Shown here: positions 10,180-19,577 of the stretch, piece after piece
How the letters are laid out: each line of letters starts with the position of its first letter
Position numbering within the stretch: position 1 is the first letter of the stretch
NCBI GenBank assembly: GCA_902533035.1
Contig: CACAKI010000001.1
Coordinates: 33,917-97,916 of the forward strand
Reading direction: 5' to 3'
Source of the DNA: an uncultured Bacteroidota bacterium
GTDB lineage: Bacteria; Bacteroidota; Bacteroidia; Flavobacteriales; TMED113
DNA length: 64,000 nucleotides
Notes under the pieces: generated by a model
What the model was told of the DNA's origin: nothing
The model's input: only the letters and a program-made list of their open reading frames with translations
The model's database searches: none
Program-made: the position numbers and the translations under genes

Positions 10180-10820
10180 TAAATTAATTTGCAAATCATT
10201 AATCCATCTCTTATAGGAAGTAAAATATTTTCTACTCTTTTGTCTTCTGTTATTTTCTTATTTAGTTTCATTATTTGTTTTGTTTCTATATCTTTTTTTT
10301 TTATTTCTTGTATAACTTTTCCATTCCACAATACATTGTCAATTAATATATGCCCTCCTTTTGTTAATTTTGGGACACATAAATCATAATATAAACAGTA
10401 GTTTTTTTTATCTGCATCAATAAATATTAAATCAAATTTTTTTTTCATTTTAGAAATAATATCTTTCGCGTCTCCTTGATGTATATAGATTTTTTTTTCA
10501 AGTTGACTTTCTTGAATAAATTTTGATGAAAAATCAATTACTTCTTCATTAATTTCAATTGTGTGAAGTTCTCCATTTTCTTGTAATTCATTAGCTAGAC
10601 ATATTGTAGAATAACCAGTAAACATGCCTATTTCTAATATTTTTTTTGGTTTTTTAAGACTTGAAATTAATTTTAAAAATAATCCCATATAGTGACTACT
10701 CATCATTCTTGGCATCATTATTTTATGATGTGTTTCTCGCGATAATTTTTTTAAAAGTTTGGTTTCTTTACTGCTGAATTTTAAGCAATATTTTTCTATT
10801 TCAGAATTTATAAAATTCAT
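10179..10820 (-). CDS. Class I SAM-dependent O-methyltransferase (family 3, caffeoyl-CoA OMT / YrrM-like)
   Basis: SAM motif ILEIGMFTGYST, plus DLIFIDADKKNY and GGHILIDNVLWNGKV. Confidence 0.85.
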   Translation of the reverse strand: MNFINSEIEKYCLKFSSKETKLLKKLSRETHHKIMMPRMMSSHYMGLFLKLISSLKKPKKILEIGMFTGYSTICLANELQENGELHTIEINEEVIDFSSKFIQESQLEKKIYIHQGDAKDIISKMKKKFDLIFIDADKKNYCLYYDLCVPKLTKGGHILIDNVLWNGKVIQEIKKKDIETKQIMKLNKKITEDKRVENILLPIRDGLMICKLI

Positions 10821-10850
10821 ATTAATTTAATTTTAAATAAAGTTACTAAA

Positions 10851-13418
10851 ATGATTACTTTTGTTGTACATAAAAAAAAACCTATGAATAAAGTAATTTC
10901 TATTTTTCTATTTTTTGCTTTTATAAATATTTCTTCTTCAGATGCGCAAGGCATTTTCAAAAAATGGAAAAAGAATAAACAAGAAAAAACCGAAGAAAAA
11001 ACTCCAGAAAATCCTAATTCAATAAATACAAAAATAAAAGATTGTATTAAACATGAAGGATTGTTTAATGTATATCAATCTAAAAAGGATGGGAAGTCAT
11101 TTATTGAAATTGACATTTCTCAATTAAACAATGAATATATTTATTTTAGTTATGTGGAGGATGGTGTGGTTGATTCATGGAATTTCCGAGGAGGTTTTAG
11201 GGGGTCAAAGATCATAAAGATTAAAAAGTTTTTTAATAAAATTGACTTTATTGTTGAAAATAATAAATATTATTTTGACCCAAATAGCCCTTTGTTTAAA
11301 TCTTCAAAAGCAAATATTAATGAGCCTCTGATTATAAGTGAAGAAATCATCGCAACTAATGATGATAGTACTAAATTTTTAATTAACGCAGATAAAATAT
11401 TTTTAACAGAAGCTTTCCAGCAAGTAAAATCTTCTTATCCTCCAGGTTACAAAGGTTTTAAATTGGGATCTTTAAGTAAAGAGAAAACTAGATACAGTTC
11501 TATTAAAAATTATCCTGAAAATACAGATGTGGTTGTGGATTATGTTTATGAAACTAGATACCCAAGTCAAAGAGGAAGTTCTGCAGTAACTGATTCCAGA
11601 GTAGTTACAATTAAAATTCAACATAGTTTAATTCGTGTTCCAGAGAATAATTTTAAGCCTAGATGGGATGATCCTAGAGTGGGTTATTTTCACACTCAAA
11701 CAAATGATATGACTAGTATTGATCAAATAAACTATAGAGATATGATACATAGGTGGAATCTTGAAAAAAAAGACCCTTCAAAAAAAATATCAGATCCGAT
11801 AAAACCAATTACTTGGTGGATTGAAAACACAACTCCATATGAATTTAGAGATATTATAAAGGAAGGAGTTGAATCGTGGAATTTAGCTTTTGAATCTGCT
11901 GGGTTTTCAAATGCAATTCAAGTAAAAATACAACCTGATAGTGCAGATTGGGATGCTGGTGATATTCGTTATAATGTTTTGAGATGGACTTCTTCACCTA
12001 ATCCTCCTTTTGGGGGTTATGGGCCATCTTTTGTGAATCCAAAAACTGGTGAAATAATAGGAGCTGACATCATGCTAGAGTGGGTTTATGTAACTAATAG
12101 AATTAAGTACGATTTTTTATATGATCATGATGAGGGTAGTTCTTTTTTAAATTCTAATAATTATTGCCTTGCATCTCATGAAACTCAAAAACAAAATATA
12201 TTTGGGGCGAATTGTATTGATTTTTTAAACCTGGGAGATGAAATGCAAAAAGAAATGGTAAAACAATCTTTATATAGATTAGTTTTACATGAGGTGGGCC
12301 ATACTTTAGGTTTGAATCATAACTTTAAGGGAAGCACATTGTTAACTAATGAGGAAGTTAAAAATAAGGAAATTGTTGCTCAAAAAGGTTTATGTTCTTC
12401 TGTTATGGAGTATCCTGCTATAAATATTGCAATTGATCCGGAAAATCAAGGCCTTTTTTATGATATAACACCTGGTCCATATGATTATTGGGCTATTCAA
12501 TTTGGGTACTCTACTTTTCAAGAAAATGATAAAGAAGAATTGAATGCCATACTTTCAAAATCTATTTATCCATCATTGTCTTTTGCTAATGATGCAGATG
12601 ACATGCGTTACCCTGGGAAAGGGATAGATCCTAATGCTATGATTAACGATTTAACAAGTAATCCAGTTGAACATTCAATAGAAAAAATGGAACTGATAAA
12701 TTCTATGATTCCTGATTTAAAAAACAGATACAGTTCTAATGGGGAGTCTTATGAAAGATTAAAAAGATCTTATTATTCTTTGATTGGCAATTATTTCACT
12801 TGTTTAGATATTGTTTCTCGACAAATAGGTGGCGTTTATGTGGATAGATCTTTTATTGGTCAAAATACTAATCAAAAACCTTTTACTGTAGTTCCGGCTG
12901 ATTTACAAAAAAAAGCTATAGAAACTCTTTCTAAATATGCTTTTAGTGATGAAAAAATTATTGTTTTTGAAGATTTAGTACCATATCTACAATCTCAAAG
13001 AAGGGGATTTAATTTTAGATCATCTGGTGAAGATCCAAAAATTCTTTCATTAGTATTATACGGACAAAAAAGAGTGCTTTCTCAGTTATTACATCCAAAT
13101 GTTTTGACACGAATCAGTAATAGTGAATTTTATGGTAACAATTATGACGTAAATAATTTTTTAAAAGACTTAACTAATTCTGTATTTGCATCCGATATCT
13201 CAAAATCTGTTAGTTCATTAAGGATGAATTTACAAGTAGAGTATGTAAAAAAATTAATAACTATTTTAGAAAAATCATCTTATGATAATTTATCTAAAGC
13301 TGCAGTTTATAATAATTTAATTTGGTTAGAGAAAAATTTAAGTACTCGAAATGGAAATAGAAAATCTATTGAGCATAGAAAATATTTACTACATTTAATT
13401 AAAAATATAGATCAATAG
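10851..13418 (+). CDS. Secreted zinc metalloprotease (large Bacteroidota DUF5117/DUF4953-like type)
   Basis: HExxH site LHEVGHTLGLNHNF with a downstream SSVMEYP. The signal peptide MNKVISIFLFFAFINISSSDAQG suggests the true start may be the ATG at 10884. Confidence 0.8.
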   Translation: MITFVVHKKKPMNKVISIFLFFAFINISSSDAQGIFKKWKKNKQEKTEEKTPENPNSINTKIKDCIKHEGLFNVYQSKKDGKSFIEIDISQLNNEYIYFSYVEDGVVDSWNFRGGFRGSKIIKIKKFFNKIDFIVENNKYYFDPNSPLFKSSKANINEPLIISEEIIATNDDSTKFLINADKIFLTEAFQQVKSSYPPGYKGFKLGSLSKEKTRYSSIKNYPENTDVVVDYVYETRYPSQRGSSAVTDSRVVTIKIQHSLIRVPENNFKPRWDDPRVGYFHTQTNDMTSIDQINYRDMIHRWNLEKKDPSKKISDPIKPITWWIENTTPYEFRDIIKEGVESWNLAFESAGFSNAIQVKIQPDSADWDAGDIRYNVLRWTSSPNPPFGGYGPSFVNPKTGEIIGADIMLEWVYVTNRIKYDFLYDHDEGSSFLNSNNYCLASHETQKQNIFGANCIDFLNLGDEMQKEMVKQSLYRLVLHEVGHTLGLNHNFKGSTLLTNEEVKNKEIVAQKGLCSSVMEYPAINIAIDPENQGLFYDITPGPYDYWAIQFGYSTFQENDKEELNAILSKSIYPSLSFANDADDMRYPGKGIDPNAMINDLTSNPVEHSIEKMELINSMIPDLKNRYSSNGESYERLKRSYYSLIGNYFTCLDIVSRQIGGVYVDRSFIGQNTNQKPFTVVPADLQKKAIETLSKYAFSDEKIIVFEDLVPYLQSQRRGFNFRSSGEDPKILSLVLYGQKRVLSQLLHPNVLTRISNSEFYGNNYDVNNFLKDLTNSVFASDISKSVSSLRMNLQVEYVKKLITILEKSSYDNLSKAAVYNNLIWLEKNLSTRNGNRKSIEHRKYLLHLIKNIDQ

Positions 13419-14207
13419 ATGAGGTTAATTGTTTTTATTTTTATTTTTATTTTTTTTCAATTTTCTTTTTCACAGGAGTATTCACCTCAAAGGTATCATA
13501 ATCCAGAAAATAAAATAGACACAAAAGACAGGGATAATAATAGATTGAAAAATTTGTTTAATTCAATTTTATTAAAAAGGAGTAAAACAAAAGATGATTG
13601 CAATTGTCCAGATGATAAATCCTCCTTGTATTATTCAAAATCTAAGTTTAATCTTAAATATAGTATTACTAAAACATTTGTAAATATAGTCCGTTGTAAA
13701 AAACCAGAATTTGGAAACTTAGCTATGCATATTAATTTTCCTGAGTATTATTATACTTGGGGAGCAATTTATGATTATGATCCTTGGCAGTTAGCTGATT
13801 TAAGTATTGGGATGCAGTATTTTGCTGAAAATACTTCGTATGATTTATGGCTTTCTGCGCCAATTTTCAATGAAGATGTTCAACGATATGGATTGAGAGC
13901 TGGTATCAGTTTTTTTCCTGTAGGTCATACAGGATTAGTTCGGCCTTATATAGGTACATCTTTAGGTTTAGAAGTAAAATATCTTTATGAGAATATATTG
14001 GAAAATAATATTTATGTAAATAATTGGTATTCAGAATATTATTTTTTAGCGAGACTACATGCTGGAATCCAATATATGTTTCGTTGTAATTTAACTTATA
14101 AATTTGATGTGTCTTATGCAGCAGGTACTTATATTGATAGAGACGCTAATCAATTCCCTCATTACAGACCGTGGGTTGTTTTCCAATCTTTTGGTATAAG
14201 ATTTTAA
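13419..14207 (+). CDS. Hypothetical outer-membrane beta-barrel-like protein
   Basis: Signal peptide MRLIVFIFIFIFFQFSFSQ, alternating aromatic and hydrophobic stretches, and a C-terminal ...FQSFGIRF ending in Phe. The ATG directly follows the protease TAG. Confidence 0.5.
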   Translation: MRLIVFIFIFIFFQFSFSQEYSPQRYHNPENKIDTKDRDNNRLKNLFNSILLKRSKTKDDCNCPDDKSSLYYSKSKFNLKYSITKTFVNIVRCKKPEFGNLAMHINFPEYYYTWGAIYDYDPWQLADLSIGMQYFAENTSYDLWLSAPIFNEDVQRYGLRAGISFFPVGHTGLVRPYIGTSLGLEVKYLYENILENNIYVNNWYSEYYFLARLHAGIQYMFRCNLTYKFDVSYAAGTYIDRDANQFPHYRPWVVFQSFGIRF

Positions 14208-16003
14208 ATATGGAATCTATATTTTTTATTTTGTATCAAATCTAAAGCAATTTTTCGTCGGATTTCTTTGATATTATATGTAGGCTTTTTTGTGAAACGA
14301 TTTAAAGTTTTTAAAAATAACTTTTTTTCTATTGCAGATAAAGGCAGAGCTTGAATTATTTCAAAGCCTGCTTGTGAACATGTATTTATAGTTTTATATA
14401 GATAATTTTTGCTCATTAAAGTTTGAATTTCACAACTTTCCTTTCCATGTTTCAAGATTAGTTTTTCAGATCGCAATAAACTAGATTCAGCCATATATAA
14501 ATCAATGATCATGTCCGCTAAATTTAACATAATCTCTTGTTCATTTTCTAATTCTTTTTTCAAAACCTGAGTGGACTTTCCAAGTAATATTAAAATTAAT
14601 TTTTTAATATTTTTGATATATATGTTTTCTTTTCCTAAAATTCCCAAAACCTTTTCTTTCTTTAAAAAAGAAAAAATATTTGTTAGTTCTTTGCCTGCTT
14701 TTTTTGCATGAGTAAATAGATCAATTTCTTTTTTCAATGCTTTTTTAATAAACATGCCAACGATTAACATTCTATTGATTTCATTAGTTCCTTCATATAT
14801 TCTAGATATTCGAGCATCTCTATATGCAGGTTCTACTATTGACTCTGCAGAAAAACCCATCCCGCCAAATATCTGAATTGCTTCATCTGAAACCTCTTTT
14901 ATAACCTCTGATCCATGTACTTTTATTATAGAACATTCAATTGAATATTCTATAATACCGTTTTTTTTAGCTTCACATGTATCTAATCCTTCTTTTTCTA
15001 ATTTTCCAGTATTTTGTTCAATATTATAACCCGTTCTATATAATCCTGATATAGTTGTGAATATTGATGTTGCCATTATAGCTAATTTTTCTTGTATCGC
15101 TCCAAAATCAGAAATAGATTTCCCAAATTGTTTTCTTTCAATGGCATATTTTATACATTCGTTTATTACTTTAATGGCTGCTGTTCCAGTAGCTGCTCCT
15201 AATTTTATTCTTCCTGCATTTAATGCATTTAAAGCGATTTTAAAACCCTCTTCTCTAGATCCTAGCATTTGTGATTTTGGAATGCTAGTTTTTTCATAAA
15301 ACACTTGTCTAGTAGAAGAAGATCGGAGCCCTAGTTTATTTTCTTCTTCTCCTAAAGTAATTCCATTTGCTTTTGACTTTTCTAATACAAATCCAGTAAT
15401 ATTTTTATCATTTTCTATTCTTCCAAATACGATGAATACTTCAGCAAAACCTGCATTACTGATCCATATTTTTTGACCTGTAATTTCATAATTCTCACCA
15501 TTATCACTTAATACTGCAATAGTTTTTCCTGAATTTGCATCAGATCCCGCATTTGGTTCAGTTAAATTATAACATGACATCCATTCACCTGAGCAAATTT
15601 TAGGTAAGAATTTATTTTTCACCTCTTCGTTACCATAAAAAATAATAGGTAATGTTCCGATACCTGTATGAGCTCCATATGCTGTTGCTATAGATCCAGA
15701 ATAACTACTAATTTCACCACATATTAACATGGATATATTTAATCCCATTCCTAGTCCACCATATTTTTCAGGAACAGTAATTCCCAATAAGCCCATTTCA
15801 CCAATTTTTCTCATGATGTCTTCTGTGAGCTTATAGTTTTTTTTCTCAAACTCAAAAATATTAGGTTTAATTTCTTTTTCATTAAATTCTTTTGTCGCCT
15901 CTAACATCATTTTGGCTTCTTCATTAAATTCTTCCAAAATGAATATTTCATCAGGTGATGTTTCAGCGATTAAAAAACCTCCTCCTTTTAAATTTTCTTT
16001 CAT
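14204..16003 (-). CDS. Acyl-CoA dehydrogenase (long ~600-aa form)
   Basis: ACAD motifs CYNLTEPNAGSD, GQKIWISNAG and QIFGGMGF, plus a C-terminal extension domain. Confidence 0.9.
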   Translation of the reverse strand: MKENLKGGGFLIAETSPDEIFILEEFNEEAKMMLEATKEFNEKEIKPNIFEFEKKNYKLTEDIMRKIGEMGLLGITVPEKYGGLGMGLNISMLICGEISSYSGSIATAYGAHTGIGTLPIIFYGNEEVKNKFLPKICSGEWMSCYNLTEPNAGSDANSGKTIAVLSDNGENYEITGQKIWISNAGFAEVFIVFGRIENDKNITGFVLEKSKANGITLGEEENKLGLRSSSTRQVFYEKTSIPKSQMLGSREEGFKIALNALNAGRIKLGAATGTAAIKVINECIKYAIERKQFGKSISDFGAIQEKLAIMATSIFTTISGLYRTGYNIEQNTGKLEKEGLDTCEAKKNGIIEYSIECSIIKVHGSEVIKEVSDEAIQIFGGMGFSAESIVEPAYRDARISRIYEGTNEINRMLIVGMFIKKALKKEIDLFTHAKKAGKELTNIFSFLKKEKVLGILGKENIYIKNIKKLILILLGKSTQVLKKELENEQEIMLNLADMIIDLYMAESSLLRSEKLILKHGKESCEIQTLMSKNYLYKTINTCSQAGFEIIQALPLSAIEKKLFLKTLNRFTKKPTYNIKEIRRKIALDLIQNKKYRFHI

Positions 16004-16007
16004 ATAC

Positions 16008-17186
16008 TTAATTTAACAATTCAAATATTCCAGCCGCTCCTTGACCAGTTCCTACACACATCGTTACCATACCTTTTTTTTGTTTTCTTCTTCTCATTTC
16101 ATTTAACAATTGTACTGTTAATTTTGCTCCGGTACATCCTAGTGGATGACCTAAAGCAATAGCCCCACCATTTACGTTAATAATACTAGGGTTGAGATTC
16201 CCTTCCTTTATTACTGCTATTGATTGACAGGCAAATGCTTCATTTAGTTCTATTAAATCTATATCATTTAATGATAAACTTGCTTGTTTTAATGCTTTTG
16301 GAATAGCTTCAATGGGCCCAATACCCATGTGTTTAGGCTCTACTCCACTAACAGCATAAGTAATCATTTTAGCGATTGGTTTTATATTTAATTTTTTTAC
16401 CATTTTTGCTGACATCAACATCACAAAAGCTGCTCCATCTGAAGTTTGAGATGAATTCCCAGCAGTTACTGTTCCATTTTTAGAGAAGACAGGCTTTAAT
16501 TTCGATAATTTCTCAATAGTTGTGTCTTTTCTTGGTCCTTCATCTTCTTTTACAGAGTAGACTCTTTCCTGTTTTTTTTCATTTTCATCTAAATAAGTTT
16601 CTGTAACATCGTAAGGAATAATATCGTTTTTAAATAGACCTTCTTCAATTGCATTTACTGCTTTCATATTCGATTGATAAGCAAATTCATCTTGATCTTC
16701 TCTGCTAATGTTATATTTTTTTACAATTGCTTCAGCAGTAGTTCCCATACCCCAGTACCAATCAGGGTTTTTCTCAGCCACTTTATAATTTGGAACAATT
16801 CTCCAACCTCCAAATGGTATTGGTGACATAGTTTCCACTCCTCCTGCTAATATGCAATCTGCCATCCCTGCATGAATTTTACTAGTAGCAATTGCAATAG
16901 TTTCTAATCCAGAGGAACAAAATCTATTCACAGTCATTCCAGGAACTTTTACTGTATTTAATCCAATTAGAGAAATGAGGCGACCAATATTCAATCCTTG
17001 CTCTGCCTCTGGAGTTGCATTACCAACAATGACATCATCAATTAATTCTTTGTCTAACTGAGGCATTTGTTGCATCATCCTGTTGATTAATTGACTTGCT
17101 AAGTCATCAGGCCTTGTAAATCTCAAAGCTCCTCTTTTTGATTTTCCAACAGCTGTTCTGTATGCTTGTACTATATAAACTTCCAT
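16008..17186 (-). CDS. Acetyl-CoA C-acyltransferase (3-ketoacyl-CoA thiolase)
   Basis: Active-site regions NRFCSSGLE, NGGAIALGHPLGCTG and MCVGTGQG. Confidence 0.95.
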   Translation of the reverse strand: MEVYIVQAYRTAVGKSKRGALRFTRPDDLASQLINRMMQQMPQLDKELIDDVIVGNATPEAEQGLNIGRLISLIGLNTVKVPGMTVNRFCSSGLETIAIATSKIHAGMADCILAGGVETMSPIPFGGWRIVPNYKVAEKNPDWYWGMGTTAEAIVKKYNISREDQDEFAYQSNMKAVNAIEEGLFKNDIIPYDVTETYLDENEKKQERVYSVKEDEGPRKDTTIEKLSKLKPVFSKNGTVTAGNSSQTSDGAAFVMLMSAKMVKKLNIKPIAKMITYAVSGVEPKHMGIGPIEAIPKALKQASLSLNDIDLIELNEAFACQSIAVIKEGNLNPSIINVNGGAIALGHPLGCTGAKLTVQLLNEMRRRKQKKGMVTMCVGTGQGAAGIFELLN

Positions 17187-17189
17187 TTT

Positions 17190-19577
17190 TTAATTTCTTA
17201 AAGGTTTTCCTTTTTCTAACATATATTTAATTCTTTCAAGAGTTTTTGCTTCTCCACATAAAGATAAAAATGCTTCTCTTTCTAGGTCTAAAAGGTATTG
17301 TTCAGACACATATGTAGGTGATGATAAATTTCCGCCACATAATACATGAGCTAATTTTTCAGACATTAATTTTTCATGTTCTGTTATATAATTCCCTTCT
17401 TTAAAGCTATCTGCCCCAACTAAAAACATTCCTAAGGCTTGATTTCCTAAAACCTTTATATCTTTTCTTTTTATCGGATTGGTGTATCCTAGATTATCTA
17501 AAAGGATCACTTTTTCTTTAGCATCTTGAATTAATTTTTCTGTATTTATACTGATATTATCTATTCCTTTTCTTAAATAACCCAACTCAAATGCTTCTTC
17601 TCCAGAAGTACTTACTTTTGCTTGTCCAATGTTTAGGAAGTACTCTTTGAGTCTAGGTAATTCAATATCTCCTTCGTAATAAGCATCAGAAGCTCTAAGT
17701 GCCATTTCTTTAGTGCCTCCGCCACCTGGAATCAATCCTACGCCGAGTTCCACAAGTCCCATATAAGTTTCAGCTGCACATTGCACAGCATCTGCATGTA
17801 GTGTAAACTCACACCCTCCTCCAAAAGTAAAACCGTGTGGAGCTACTACAATAGGAATTTTAGAATATCTTATTAGCATAGATGTATCTTGGAATGTTTT
17901 AATTGCTAAATTTAATTTCTCATATTCTTGTTCTACAGCTAAAGTAAATATCATACTTATATCAGCTCCTGCTGAAAAATGAGTGCCCTGATTTCCTATA
18001 ACCAGTCCTCGATATTTTTCTTCTGCTATTTCAATGCCTTTTTGTACACCAACGATTACATCTTCTCCAATACTATTCATTTTTGTATGAAACTCAATAT
18101 TTGCAACACCATCACCAATATCAAATATTGAAACTCCATCATTTTTCCAAATGATTGAATGAGATCGTAGATTGTGTAAATTAATGAATTTATTGAGTGT
18201 AGGTATATTTTCTTGTTTTTCTTCTGAAATTTCATAATATTTTTTTTCACCATCTTCTATAGTGTAAAATGAAACATTTGAATCAAGCTTTTTCACCCAA
18301 TCAGGTATAGGAAGGTTTTCCTGTTTTATTAAATTAATTCCTTTTTGTACACCAATCGCATCCCAAGTTTCAAAAGGCCCTATTTCCCAACCAAATCCTG
18401 CACACATAGCAGCATCTATTTTATAGATTTCATTTGATATTTCAGGGACTCTATTTGAAACATATGAAAACATTACAGCAAACATTTTTCTATAGAATAA
18501 AGACGCTTTGTCATTACCTTCAAGTAGGATATTTAATCTTTCTTTTAGGTTGTTATTTTTTTTGGCTTTTCCAATTGTTTCAAATCTAACTTTCTTTTTT
18601 TCTTCATATGAAAAAGTATTTAAATCAAGTGATAATATTTTTCGTTTTCCTTTTTTATCTCTACTTTTTTTATAAAAACCTTGTTTTGTTTTATCGCCTA
18701 GCCATTTTTTTCTTAACATTTCATCTATAAAATTAGGTAGTTTAAAAACATTTCTATTTTCATCATTGGGACAATTTTCGTAAACACCTTTTGCTACATT
18801 ATACAGTGTGTCAAGACCTACTAAGTCACACGTTCTGAATGTTGCTGATTTAGGTCTTCCAATAATTGGACCTGTAAGTGAATCAATTTCTTCTATAGAA
18901 AGTTGTAGTTCTTTAATAATTTTAAATAGAGCCGCTATACCCGCTATTCCAATTCTATTAGCTATGAATGCAGGGGTGTCTTTACAGAGAACAGTCTTTT
19001 TTCCTAAAAACTTTTCCCCGTAGGACATTAAAAATTTTATTAAGCTTTCTTCTGTTTTTTTTGACGGAATAATTTCAAGTAGTTTTAAATATCTAGGAGG
19101 GTTAAAAAAATGTGTTCCGCAAAAATTTTTACAAAAATCTTCACTTCGACCTTCTATCATTTGATTAATTGGTATTCCAGAAGTATTAGAGCTAATAATA
19201 GATCCTTCTTTTCTGTATTTTTCTATTTTTTCGAACAGTTCTTTTTTTATTTCAAGATTTTCAATAATTACTTCAATAATCCAATCAGAGTCATTGACTT
19301 TTTCTAAATCATCTGTTAAATTTCCTGTTTTAATTCTATTAGTGAATTTTTTAGCATAGATTGGAGAGGGTTTTGATTTTAAAGTGTTATTTAAAGAATC
19401 ATTTACAATTTTATTTCTTAGTTGTTTATTTTTTATATCTTTTTCTGCATCTTTATTTAATATATCTAACAACAAAACCTCAACTCCAATATTAGCAAAA
19501 TGACATGCGATTCTAGAACCCATAATTCCAGAACCAATTACAGCTACTTTATTAATTTTTCTATTCATTTTTTTCAA
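17190..19577 (-). CDS. Bifunctional 3-hydroxyacyl-CoA dehydrogenase / enoyl-CoA hydratase, with the dehydrogenase domain N-terminal
   Basis: N-terminal Rossmann motif VAVIGSGIMGSRIA and HFFNPP. The C-terminal crotonase fold shows GTHFSAGADI and GGGCEF. Confidence 0.9.
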   Translation of the reverse strand: MKKMNRKINKVAVIGSGIMGSRIACHFANIGVEVLLLDILNKDAEKDIKNKQLRNKIVNDSLNNTLKSKPSPIYAKKFTNRIKTGNLTDDLEKVNDSDWIIEVIIENLEIKKELFEKIEKYRKEGSIISSNTSGIPINQMIEGRSEDFCKNFCGTHFFNPPRYLKLLEIIPSKKTEESLIKFLMSYGEKFLGKKTVLCKDTPAFIANRIGIAGIAALFKIIKELQLSIEEIDSLTGPIIGRPKSATFRTCDLVGLDTLYNVAKGVYENCPNDENRNVFKLPNFIDEMLRKKWLGDKTKQGFYKKSRDKKGKRKILSLDLNTFSYEEKKKVRFETIGKAKKNNNLKERLNILLEGNDKASLFYRKMFAVMFSYVSNRVPEISNEIYKIDAAMCAGFGWEIGPFETWDAIGVQKGINLIKQENLPIPDWVKKLDSNVSFYTIEDGEKKYYEISEEKQENIPTLNKFINLHNLRSHSIIWKNDGVSIFDIGDGVANIEFHTKMNSIGEDVIVGVQKGIEIAEEKYRGLVIGNQGTHFSAGADISMIFTLAVEQEYEKLNLAIKTFQDTSMLIRYSKIPIVVAPHGFTFGGGCEFTLHADAVQCAAETYMGLVELGVGLIPGGGGTKEMALRASDAYYEGDIELPRLKEYFLNIGQAKVSTSGEEAFELGYLRKGIDNISINTEKLIQDAKEKVILLDNLGYTNPIKRKDIKVLGNQALGMFLVGADSFKEGNYITEHEKLMSEKLAHVLCGGNLSSPTYVSEQYLLDLEREAFLSLCGEAKTLERIKYMLEKGKPLRN

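Noticed and set aside
11531-12850. DnaA-box-like 9-mers (TGTGGATTA near 11540, TGTGGATAG near 12841), considered as a possible replication origin signal
   Set aside because: They are isolated imperfect matches inside the metalloprotease coding sequence. There is no cluster, no adjacent AT-rich unwinding element and no dnaA or dnaN context.
13431-13460. Hexanucleotide (TTTTTA/TTTATT)-type microsatellite encoding FIFIFIFF in the signal peptide of the beta-barrel-like protein
   Set aside because: It is in-frame, short (3-4 units) and lies within a hydrophobic signal-peptide core, where length is tolerated. Nothing suggests a function beyond compositional bias.
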